Shown: positions 25,658 to 34,299 of the stretch, piece after piece | How positions within the stretch are numbered: position 1 is the stretch's first letter | Layout of the letters: every line of letters starts with the position of its first letter | Source of the DNA: Polyangiaceae bacterium | GTDB lineage: Bacteria > Myxococcota_A > Polyangia > Polyangiales > Polyangiaceae | NCBI GenBank assembly: GCA_050287085.1 | Contig: JBNKBE010000003.1 | Span: 207,350-271,349 of the forward strand | DNA length: 64,000 nucleotides | Direction of reading: 5' to 3' | Notes under the pieces: model-generated | Told to the model about the DNA's origin: nothing | Seen by the model: only the letters and a program-made list of their open reading frames with translations | Databases searched by the model: none | Made by a program: the position numbers and the translations under genes

Positions 25658-27400
25658 TCACTCGTAGCGAATACCGTCCACCGGCCGCACGCGACTTGCC
25701 GCTAGCGCTGGGTAAACGGTGGCCAACACGGTGATCGCCAACGCACAGACAGCGATCAACGCGTAGTCAGCCACGTCGACTTGAATTGGAAGCTGGTCGA
25801 CGTAGTACACCTCGGGGTCCAGACGAACCCCAAGCCGCCGCAGCCCTTCACACAGAACCCAGCCCGTCACCACGCCAAACACGGTTCCAATGCTGCCGAT
25901 AATGAGTCCTTCGGTCATGAAGATACGCAGCACCATCGTATCACTGGCTCCCAAAGCCTTGATGATCGCAATTTCTTTGCTCTTCTCGGTCACCATCAGC
26001 AGCAACGTGCAAACGATGCAAAAGCAGGCCACGGTGATAGCGATACACAGAATGATGAAGGTGGCGAGACGCTCCAGCTTGAGCGCCGAGAACAGGTTTC
26101 TGTTCAGCTCCTTCCAATCCTTGACGGCAAGGCCACGCCCGTCGAGCGAAGTGGCAACCGCTTGTCGTACCCCCTCGACCTGCTCCGAATTCTCGACTTT
26201 GACCTCGACGTGATTGATCTTGCCTTCAAGATCCAGAAACGCTTGAGCCTCGCTGAGCAGCATATAGGCGTGGCTCGAGTCGTACTCGTACATGCCGCTG
26301 TAGAAGATCGCCCCCACCCGAAAGCGACGCGTACGCGGCATAACGCCCATTGGGCCTAAATCTCCAAGCGGAGCAACCAGCCTGACTTCGTCTCCCACCA
26401 TGACGTGAAGGCTCTTGGCAAGCTCTCGACCAATAATCAAAGCCGGCCGCGTCGCGTCGTGCCGGATGACTCTGGCCACATCTGGATCAACGTCTTTGAG
26501 GCGTGTGCTCAGCTCACGCTCCTTCAGATAGCGCTGCCCTCCCGGACCGTGACCAAGCACATACCCCTCGGGAAGCTCAAGCAGCTCATCTGGATTCTCG
26601 AGGAAGTCGATGCTTCCCGCCTCGATGTTGTCTACGAGGTCGATGACGGTGCCGACGGACTCCGGCTCAATCCCGCGTACGATAACGCCGGCGGTATTCG
26701 AGTTGCTAGACGCCATCGCCTCACCAGCCGCGACAGGCGTGGCCGCTACGACACCAGGCACCAAGCGAACATCGTCCACCGCTCTATCCCAGTCGCCAAA
26801 TCCGCCGACTCCCTCATAGCTCACGGTGATGTGGGCATTGTTGCCGAGAATCTTGCGCTTCAGGTCAGCGCCGAAGCCGCCCATGATGGAGATGACGACG
26901 CAGAGGGCAAGTGAGCTCAAAGCCACCCCCGTAATCGACAAGATACTGATGACGGTTAGAAAGCCGCTCTTGCTCGCGCGGACGTGGCGCGCAGCCACAT
27001 ACCCGACTGCTGTCCCGCCCTCGATGCGATCGAGCACCCAGGGCAACGACAAGGCGAGCGCGCCGATGACAAATAGCGTCGCCGAAACCGCCGCGCTCAC
27101 GCGCACGATCTGGTGCCACAGCTCGAAATAGGAGCCTTCGTGGTTGGGGAGCCGCATGGCCCAAGCGCCCAGCACCAGGGTGCCCAGTAGCGATAGCGCC
27201 GTCATGGCAGACAGCACCTGGCGTCGTCCGCGCTGTCCGATGCGCCGCAGCAACACGAACACCGAGAGACTGACGATGAGGACAATCAGACCGATCAGGC
27301 CGATCCGTAGGCTCAAGCTCAGTTCCATCCACGTCGCCAGGAGCGACGAAGCAAGTGAGTCCGAGCCTGAGAGCTCATTGGCTGTTTGCGCCGGAGCCAT
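25658..27400 (-). CDS. lolC: Lipoprotein-releasing ABC transporter permease (LolC/E family) with N-terminal extension
   Basis: FLTVISILS..VVISIMGGF, SGMYEYDS, DWKELNRNLFSALKLE, EKSKEIAIIKALGA, VYYVDQLP, YPA..ASRVRP..IRYE; adjacent to lolD. Confidence 0.9.
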   Translation of the reverse strand: MAPAQTANELSGSDSLASSLLATWMELSLSLRIGLIGLIVLIVSLSVFVLLRRIGQRGRRQVLSAMTALSLLGTLVLGAWAMRLPNHEGSYFELWHQIVRVSAAVSATLFVIGALALSLPWVLDRIEGGTAVGYVAARHVRASKSGFLTVISILSITGVALSSLALCVVISIMGGFGADLKRKILGNNAHITVSYEGVGGFGDWDRAVDDVRLVPGVVAATPVAAGEAMASSNSNTAGVIVRGIEPESVGTVIDLVDNIEAGSIDFLENPDELLELPEGYVLGHGPGGQRYLKERELSTRLKDVDPDVARVIRHDATRPALIIGRELAKSLHVMVGDEVRLVAPLGDLGPMGVMPRTRRFRVGAIFYSGMYEYDSSHAYMLLSEAQAFLDLEGKINHVEVKVENSEQVEGVRQAVATSLDGRGLAVKDWKELNRNLFSALKLERLATFIILCIAITVACFCIVCTLLLMVTEKSKEIAIIKALGASDTMVLRIFMTEGLIIGSIGTVFGVVTGWVLCEGLRRLGVRLDPEVYYVDQLPIQVDVADYALIAVCALAITVLATVYPALAASRVRPVDGIRYE

Positions 27401-27401
27401 C

Positions 27402-28530
27402 TCAGAAACTCGGAACGTCCTCGGAGCTACCGCCCTCAGCGCTCTGCATCAAATAGGCTTCCACAAACTCGTCTAGGTCCCCATCTAGCACGGCTTCCAC
27501 GTCGCCGGTTTCATGCTCCGTACGCAGATCTTTGACGAGCTGGTATGGCTGAAGCACGTAGCTTCTGATTTGACTTCCCCACGCGATCTGATCTTTCCCG
27601 GCCTCATAGTTCGCTCGCTCTTCCTGCCGCTTTAGAAGCTCGCGCTCGTACAGCTTCGCCTTGACCATTTTCAGGGCGACTCGACGGTTCTGAAGCTGGC
27701 TGCGCTCAGCGCGGCAAACCACCATGATCCCCGAAGGGAGGTGCCGCATACGAACGGCCGTCTCGACCTTGTTGACGTTCTGCCCTCCCTTGCCACCGGC
27801 GCGCATCGTCGTCACTTCCAGATCGTTGTCATTGACTTCAATATCGATCTCGTCCTCGATATCCGGCGTGACTTCGACCGCGGCAAACGACGTATGACGC
27901 CGCGCATTCGAATCAAACGGGCTGATCCGAACGAGTCGGTGAACCCCCGTCTCGGCCCGCAGGTAGCCGTAGGCATTCGCGCCGCTCACGGAGAACGAGG
28001 CGCCTTCGATACCGGCTTCGTCTCCCGGCTGATAGTCCAGCATCTCGGTCTTGAAACCGCGACGCTCACACCAGCGAAGATACATGCGCAGCAGCATATC
28101 CGCCCAGTCCTTCGCCTCGGTGCCGCCCGACCCGGGGTGAATGCTGATGATGGCGTCCGCATGATCCGCCGGGCCCGACAACATGCGTTGAAGTTCGGCG
28201 CTGCGCACGCGAAGTTCTAGCGCCTTGGCAGACTCCTCAACTTCCGCCAACGTCGCCGCATCATCCTCTTCGGCGGCCAGCTCGAGCAGCTCAGCGGCAT
28301 CGCTCACGTCCCGCGCCAATGCGGACATGAGCTCAAGTTTTTCGGTCACGGCCGCGCGCTTGCGCAGGAGCGCCTGCGCCTTGTCCTGATTGTCCCAAAA
28401 CCCCGGGGCGCTCGAGAGTTGATCGTATTCCTCGAGCTGTCGCTCTAGCTTCGGGACGTCAAAGATGCCCCCTTAGCGCATCAACGCGCCTTTGGAGGTC
28501 GACAAGCAAAACTCGAGTCTCAGAGAGCAT
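27402..28530 (-). CDS. prfB: Peptide chain release factor 2 (programmed +1 frameshift)
   Basis: GGQ and SPF motifs in the main frame; upstream frame [23 protein letters not shown] ends at AGGGGG-CAT-CTT-TGA-C and continues in +1 as [19 protein letters not shown]. Confidence 0.97.
28458..28473 (-). promoter_or_regulatory. RF2 +1 frameshift signal (internal SD plus CTT TGA C)
   Basis: Minus-strand AGGGGG CAT CTTTGAC. Confidence 0.95.
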
Positions 28531-28635
28531 GAGCGTGGTTCGTAGCTTTTGGGCGGGCCCGCGGCTAGTTCAAAGATCGGTCCCTGGCCCGCAATCCGGT
28601 TGCCGCTATCTCCGCGCCGAAAGCCCCGACGCCAC

Positions 28636-29577
28636 TCACAACGGGTGCTGCGACGACGCCGAGAGGCGCGCGCTTTGCCGCGAAAACCAACCCGCTGTCA
28701 GAAGGTCGAGGCGCACGCCGATCTGGCCGAGTTCCAGGACGAGCACCTCGACGGCTGGGGCCTTTCGCGCCGTTCGATGGGGTGGCTCACCGGGAGCAGG
28801 TGAACTTCGAGCCTGCGCCAGCTCGAGTTGCAGAGCCTGATATTTGAACAGCAGCTCCAGAGCCTGTTGCACTTGCTCCAGCGAGAGGCGCTCAAGCGCG
28901 TCTCGCTGACGCTCGAAGACGGGCTCCTGTCCACTCCACACCAGCTGGTCCAACTGCCAGCTCAGTTGCGCGCCGTAGCTGAAATCGCGCGCGCCCGCCG
29001 ACAGCCAACGATTGGGATCGGCGGTTGTCGGACTGTAGCGAAGCGAGCTATCGGCGCCGTAGCCGGCCCGTACGCGAACACCCGGTAGCCATGCGGCGCG
29101 GCGTGCCCGCGCCGTTAGCAGTTCAACCCGCGCGAAGCGGCTTGCCACTTGACGACGAACAGCACGCGCGAGCTCCCGTGCGAAGTGCCACTCCAGCGCC
29201 GGACTCCGAGGGATAGGGGCCGCCCGGGAAGCGTCATCACCCCCCACACCGCTCGGGCCCGTTTCGAATACCCCTGAGGCAGCGCTCTGCGCAGGTTCGA
29301 CCAAGGTCGTCGGCTCGAGCTGCCGACGCGGCTCCGAACCCTGCGCCGGGCCCTGCTCCGAACCCTGCTCCGGGCCGGAGCCCAGACTGACCTGTGCCCG
29401 AAGCTCGCGACTGGCCGTCAGCTGGAGTGGGTCTCGAGAACGCCCATAGCTGGCCCCCACCCGCAGAGTCGACCCCGCACACGCGCTGGCATCGACAGCC
29501 AAGAGCAGGGCCGCAACGACCCCCAGGTGAGCGACAGCAAGCCGGTCGCCTGCGCGACGAACAAGACGTCCAGACAT
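28636..29577 (-). CDS. Hypothetical exported protein with a TolC-like segment
   Basis: GGAGG RBS before the ATG at 29577; signal-like LGVVAALLLAVDASA; RARRAAWLPGVRVRAGY..QLSWQLDQL followed by amphipathic helices; internal 12-bp repeats (QGSE/QGPA). Confidence 0.55.
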   Translation of the reverse strand: MSGRLVRRAGDRLAVAHLGVVAALLLAVDASACAGSTLRVGASYGRSRDPLQLTASRELRAQVSLGSGPEQGSEQGPAQGSEPRRQLEPTTLVEPAQSAASGVFETGPSGVGGDDASRAAPIPRSPALEWHFARELARAVRRQVASRFARVELLTARARRAAWLPGVRVRAGYGADSSLRYSPTTADPNRWLSAGARDFSYGAQLSWQLDQLVWSGQEPVFERQRDALERLSLEQVQQALELLFKYQALQLELAQARSSPAPGEPPHRTARKAPAVEVLVLELGQIGVRLDLLTAGWFSRQSARLSASSQHPL

Positions 29578-29642
29578 GGCCCTCCGCTCGCCCCTCCTGC
29601 GTAGCAGTTGCGAGAAAAGAGCGCCCACTTAGGCGCCTCACC

Positions 29643-29691
29643 CCCGCCAGGCCTCAGCAGCCCCGCCAGGCCTCAGCCCGCCAGGCCTCAG
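29643..29691. repeat. Three copies of a 15-bp unit cccgccaggcctcag, mostly intergenic
   Basis: Copies at 29643-29657, 29662-29676 and 29677-29691; the last contains the stop codon of the upstream minus-strand gene. Confidence 0.8.
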
Positions 29692-30698
29692 CCCCGGTGG
29701 CTAAACAGCAGCTGAGCGGCCCGCTCCGCCGGCTCCGACGAAGCCGCACCATAACGCGGCGCCCATAAAGGCTGCGGCGCGCCAGCGATGCAGGAGAACA
29801 CGGTTGCAACCCGAACGACACGCCACCGACCCTGCTCGCGCGCCAGAAGCGCGGCTCGTACCACTGAATCGGGGGCTCGCTCCAGAACCCGTGCCCCATT
29901 GGCGTTGCGTAGTGGCAGGCGGCTAGTGCGCACCTGCGGCCCAGAGCGACCCGGCACGTATTCACGAATCTCCAGCTCGGCGTCCCCAAGTCGTCCCTGA
30001 GCGGCATGATGGGTCCCGAGCTCCCAGCATACGTAGGTCTCCTCGCCGGAAATCAGGATCACCAATTGATCGCCTCCGACCATCGAATCCAAAGAGCGCG
30101 GCCGCTCGGCGCCATTCGAAGCCGGCTTCGGTGAAGCCACAACCGGCGGATACAGCGCCGGGACCGCCGCAGTATCCCCTTCGATGGCAGTTGGTGGCGC
30201 GGCAGCGCTAGCGTCGCTTTCCACAGGCGCCTGCCGATCGGACGCGGGTGCCGGCTCGACTGCCGGCCTGGACGGGGCCGCCTCTTGCGAAAGCCATTGA
30301 CTCCTGAGCGCCTCCGCCTTGTCGTGTAGAGGGTGGCGGGCAAGCACTTGGTCCAGAGTCGACAGCGCCCTGTCACGATGCCCTTGTGCCATGTAGATTT
30401 GCGCTAGAGTTACCGTCGGCAAAGGCGGTCGCTGAACGCGGCGTGCGGCCGGCCCAAACGCACGGATAGCATGAGCCGCCTGCGGCAGGTTGAGCCCTTG
30501 CTCAATGACGTTCGCGACGAGATGGCGCGCGACGCCAAACCAACCCAATCCCCCTGACGCTGGCGCTTTGGGCATCGCTTCCCCAGCAAGCGCCCGCATG
30601 AGTTCTTCGCTTGAGAGCGCCTCGGGCCGTTCGATTCCGGCCGAAAGCGCGGCGGCGATCAACTCGTGCCTGGCGATGGGAGGAGCGACGTCGGTCAC
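29688..30698 (-). CDS. Hypothetical protein: Rho_N-like N-terminus, TPR, DUF4912-like C-terminus
   Basis: RHELIAAALSAGIERPEALSSEELMRAL (Rho_N-like); TVTLAQIYMAQGHRDRALSTLDQVLARHP (TPR); LVILISGEETYVCWEL (DUF4912-like). Start placed at GTG 30698 to avoid overlap with ribF. Confidence 0.6.
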   Translation of the reverse strand: MTDVAPPIARHELIAAALSAGIERPEALSSEELMRALAGEAMPKAPASGGLGWFGVARHLVANVIEQGLNLPQAAHAIRAFGPAARRVQRPPLPTVTLAQIYMAQGHRDRALSTLDQVLARHPLHDKAEALRSQWLSQEAAPSRPAVEPAPASDRQAPVESDASAAAPPTAIEGDTAAVPALYPPVVASPKPASNGAERPRSLDSMVGGDQLVILISGEETYVCWELGTHHAAQGRLGDAELEIREYVPGRSGPQVRTSRLPLRNANGARVLERAPDSVVRAALLAREQGRWRVVRVATVFSCIAGAPQPLWAPRYGAASSEPAERAAQLLFSHRG

Positions 30699-30840
30699 GT
30701 TGCTTGAGTTAGTGCATAGAACGGAGGGGAGCAACCCGGCTGCGCCAGAGAGCAAGCCAAATAGCGGCCTGCGCCCGTCGGACGCGAGGTTCCAACGCAG
30801 GCCATTAAGTCGGGCGCCGGCATTGTCCCCCCCCCTAGAC

Positions 30841-31758
30841 TCAGCCTCCCAAGGCCGGACCCGCGAGCAGCACGCGAGCCACCTCCACGTCGCGACCGAT
30901 CTGTTGCCGCAGCGCCTCGAGGTCGTCGAAACGGATTTCGGGGCGGATCGCCCCGACGAAGTCGAGCGCCAGCTCCTGACCGTATAGGTCACCGGGTGAC
31001 GTCAACAAATGTGCCTCGACCGAGACCTCACGACCGTCCACCGTGGGGCGGATGCCCACGTTGACCACCGCATCGAAGGACTCTGGTTCGGGGCCGCGCG
31101 CTGGCAGCACGGCGCGGCACGCATACACGCCGTTGCCAGGCAGCATCTCGCAAATCCCCGCTAGATTGGCCGTCGGAAAGCCGAGCCGCCGCCCCAATTG
31201 CCGCCCCTTCACAACTTGCCCCACAAGGCGATGCGGGCGTCCGAGCAGCGCAGCGGCCCCCTGCACATCGCCCGCGCTCAAGCGACTTCGCACCCGCGTG
31301 CTCGACACCACGCCCCCCGCATCTTGCAACAACAAACAAGCACTGGCCGCGAACCCCAGCTCCTCACCAAGCCCACGTAAGGTTGCGAGATCCCCGGCGC
31401 GCTGCCGCCCGAAACGAAAGTTCTCTCCAACGATGACCACCCGAGCGTTGTAGCGTCGTCGCAATATCTCGTCGGCAAACTGGCGCGGGCTCATCTGACT
31501 GAGCGCATGATCAAACGCCAGCACACTCACCGAGAGAGCGGGCGAAATGGCCTCAAGCAGCTGTACCTTGCGCTCTCGAGGCGTGAGCAAGGGAGGCGGC
31601 TCACGCCCGACTACAACAGCTGGATGCGGCTCAAAGGTGAGCACCGTAGGCACAAGCCCCCGCTCGCTCGCCTCTGCCACGACCGAGGTCACCAAATGCC
31701 GATGTCCGATGTGCACGCCATCGAAGTTGCCAATTGCGACCAGTCGCTCGGGATCCAT
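30841..31758 (-). CDS. ribF: Bifunctional riboflavin kinase/FAD synthetase
   Basis: IGNFDGVHIGH, TFEPHP, GENFRFG, VSSTRVR, GRRLGFPTAN, NVGIRPT, VEAHL. Confidence 0.97.
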   Translation of the reverse strand: MDPERLVAIGNFDGVHIGHRHLVTSVVAEASERGLVPTVLTFEPHPAVVVGREPPPLLTPRERKVQLLEAISPALSVSVLAFDHALSQMSPRQFADEILRRRYNARVVIVGENFRFGRQRAGDLATLRGLGEELGFAASACLLLQDAGGVVSSTRVRSRLSAGDVQGAAALLGRPHRLVGQVVKGRQLGRRLGFPTANLAGICEMLPGNGVYACRAVLPARGPEPESFDAVVNVGIRPTVDGREVSVEAHLLTSPGDLYGQELALDFVGAIRPEIRFDDLEALRQQIGRDVEVARVLLAGPALGG

Positions 31759-31921
31759 GGGCGTTGGAGCAACCTAGCGGCGGCCACTCGCGATTGCTAG
31801 CGGAAACCGGCTTTCGAGGACCCGAACCAGCGCTCGACTTGGGCATACCGTCCATTGCGACCAGACAGCGACAACGGTGTCCTCTAGCGGGAACGCCAGA
31901 ATGCTGGCATGACCTCGCTTG

Positions 31922-32956
31922 ATGACCCCCGAGCAGGCGCTACGCAAGCTGTCCGATGACGGGCCGCAGCTCGTCTATCTGCTGCTCGGAGAAGAAGCAC
32001 ACCGGCGGGATGCAATTCTGACTGCGTTGAAGTCGCGACTGCTCCAAGGAGGCTTCGCGGATCTAAACTACAACGAGTTTACCAGCGCCGAAGCGGAGGT
32101 CGGCGACGTGCTGGCTTCGGCCCGTATGGTCCCCATGCTCAGCCCCCATCGTCTAGTCGTGCTCCGCGATCTCGACCGTTGGGAAGGCCGAAACGAGCGC
32201 AGCGCCACCTCGGACAAGACCCCTCTCGACCTACTTGCAAGCTACTGCGAAGCCCCCGTTCCGTCATGCACGCTGGTACTGATGGCCGGCAAGCTCAACG
32301 GCCGTCGTCGTCTCGTCACGCTAGCAAAGAAGCTGGGGTTCGTCGTCGACTGCGCGCCATTATCAAAACAGGACATTCCTCGCTGGATCGAGGCGGCTGT
32401 GGCTAAACGCGGCCAGAAGATATCGCCGAGTGCAGCAGCTTTGCTTGCCGAGGTAAAGGGGCCGGAGCTGGCTCCTCTTGACGACGCCGTCGAACGATTG
32501 TGCTTGTACGCCGATGGCAGTGAAATAACGGAAGCCACATTGGAAGCAGTCATGCCAGTCGTACGCCCCGCTACGGTCTGGGAGCTTCTTGACGCGCTCT
32601 TGCAACAAGACGTCACGCACGCCCTCGTTCTGCTGAGCAAGGTGTACGAACCGAAAGATCGCGGTCTGCCGTTGCTCGGGCTCGTGACCTGGTCGGTTCG
32701 ACAGCTAGCCAAGTTCCAGGCCGCACGGCGCGAAGGCAAGCGGCCTGAAGAAGCGGGACGTGAAGCGGGAGTGCCTCCTTTCCGTGTCCAGTCCCTCGAG
32801 AGAACCCAGCAACGGCTGAACCCAGCATTGCTCGAACGCTGGTTGCGCATACTCCGCGATACCGATCATGCACTCAAGGGAGGAAGCCGCCTGCCTGCGC
32901 TGCAGATATTGGAAACAACCTTGATCGAGTTGTGCCGTGAGGGTGCGGCGAACTGA
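31922..32956 (+). CDS. holA: DNA polymerase III delta subunit
   Basis: VYLLLGEE, PMLSPHRLVVL, VWELLDALL, DHALKGG; typical length. Confidence 0.88.
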   Translation: MTPEQALRKLSDDGPQLVYLLLGEEAHRRDAILTALKSRLLQGGFADLNYNEFTSAEAEVGDVLASARMVPMLSPHRLVVLRDLDRWEGRNERSATSDKTPLDLLASYCEAPVPSCTLVLMAGKLNGRRRLVTLAKKLGFVVDCAPLSKQDIPRWIEAAVAKRGQKISPSAAALLAEVKGPELAPLDDAVERLCLYADGSEITEATLEAVMPVVRPATVWELLDALLQQDVTHALVLLSKVYEPKDRGLPLLGLVTWSVRQLAKFQAARREGKRPEEAGREAGVPPFRVQSLERTQQRLNPALLERWLRILRDTDHALKGGSRLPALQILETTLIELCREGAAN

Positions 32957-33001
32957 CGGCCACTTGGGACGGCCCCGCCTCGGAAAAGGAAGGGTAGACG
33001 C

Positions 33002-33982
33002 TCACCACCGCAGGCAGGCGGCACACCACGACAAGCCAGCGCCAAATCCGACCAGCACCACCACCTTACCCCGTTGCACGCGCCCTTCGTGGAGAGCTGC
33101 GTCTAGGGCTATGGCGACTGAAGCTGCAGCCGTATTCGCGTGGGCATCAACATGGGAGTAGATCCGATCGTGACAACCACCAAGCGCGTCGCCAAATGCA
33201 CTCAGCATCCTAGCGTTTGATTGGTGTGGAACGATCAAGTCCACGTCGTCGAGGGTCAACCCCGCTCGCGCTACAACTTCGCGCACTACGCCGGGAACGC
33301 GGGCTACGGCAAAGTCCCACACCGCGCGACCGTTCATGCGGAGCTGGTGCCGATGCTCCGCGACGTCCTTCGGAGTTACGGGCCGACGCGATCCACCAGC
33401 CTCGAGCTGAATGTGGTGCCCGCCGCTGCCGTCTGAACCACTCAACGAGGCCAAGAGGGACGGACCGCCCTCGCCGGCGCCAACCACAGCAGCGCCCGCG
33501 CCGTCGCCAAAAAACACGGCCGTGGTGCGATCGGACCAGTTCATGATGCGCGAGTAGGCGTCCGCGCCGACCACGAGAACCGGCGCCCCGCCGTTCTGCG
33601 CGCACAGCGCATGACCGACGAGCAGGGCATGAACAAAGCCGCTGCATCCGGCATTGACATCAATAGCACCGCAACTGGCCCCCAGGTTGGCCTGCACGAG
33701 ATTCGCCGTAGCTGGTAAGCCGTGGTCGGGCGACGAGGTCGCACACACTATCGCAGAGAGAGCGCTCGGTTCGACCTCTGCACTCGTCAAAGCCCGCTGG
33801 GCCGCGGCCGTAGCAAGATCGGACGTGGCTTGGTCGTCGGCGACGACATGGCGACAACGGATCCCGGTATGCGACACGATCCAATCGTCACTGGTAGGAA
33901 GTCCATCATCTACCAGTTCCTGGTTGGTAACGATGCGCTCGGGTAGGTATGAGCCGGTGCCCAGAACTCTAGGGTTCTTCAT
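33002..33982 (-). CDS. fabH: 3-oxoacyl-ACP synthase III
   Basis: GTGSYLP, DVNAGCSGF (Cys), FGDGAGA, MNGRAV, PHQSN (His), ANTAAAS (Asn), FGAGLSW; alternative start at 34000. Confidence 0.93.
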   Translation of the reverse strand: MKNPRVLGTGSYLPERIVTNQELVDDGLPTSDDWIVSHTGIRCRHVVADDQATSDLATAAAQRALTSAEVEPSALSAIVCATSSPDHGLPATANLVQANLGASCGAIDVNAGCSGFVHALLVGHALCAQNGGAPVLVVGADAYSRIMNWSDRTTAVFFGDGAGAAVVGAGEGGPSLLASLSGSDGSGGHHIQLEAGGSRRPVTPKDVAEHRHQLRMNGRAVWDFAVARVPGVVREVVARAGLTLDDVDLIVPHQSNARMLSAFGDALGGCHDRIYSHVDAHANTAAASVAIALDAALHEGRVQRGKVVVLVGFGAGLSWCAACLRW

Positions 33983-34299
33983 TTCATTGTTCGATTGCAC
34001 GTCGTCGACGAACGACTGTAACAGAAGATTGCTGCGGAGCAGGCTGCCACGAACGGCCGCGACTTTGCAACTCGATGCTCCCGCCGCCGCAGCTCCTCTC
34101 GCTTTGACAACCTAGCGCTGCAGAAAGTCGTGTGGGTTTCACCGGTGGGACACAAACGACATGAATGAACTCTTAACAACGGCTCAACCAGGCCGTATTG
34201 CGCTCTTGACTCGAAATCCAGCCGCGCAAGGTGCCGGCCCGTGTCGCGTCCCGGACTTGCCGCGTCAACTTGCACTCGCCAAAGTCGGCGTTTGCGGTG

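Noticed and set aside
27402..28349. prfB as a truncated gene or pseudogene
   Set aside because: Explained by the canonical programmed frameshift at 28458-28473
33002..33982. fabH as part of a secondary-metabolite cluster
   Set aside because: No ACP, PKS, NRPS or tailoring genes nearby; it is a stand-alone KAS III
34121..34165. c-di-GMP-I riboswitch-like GTGGGACACAAA near the GGDEF-EAL gene
   Set aside because: The upstream GGCAAAC/GNRA elements are missing and the orientation does not place it in a leader of either flanking gene
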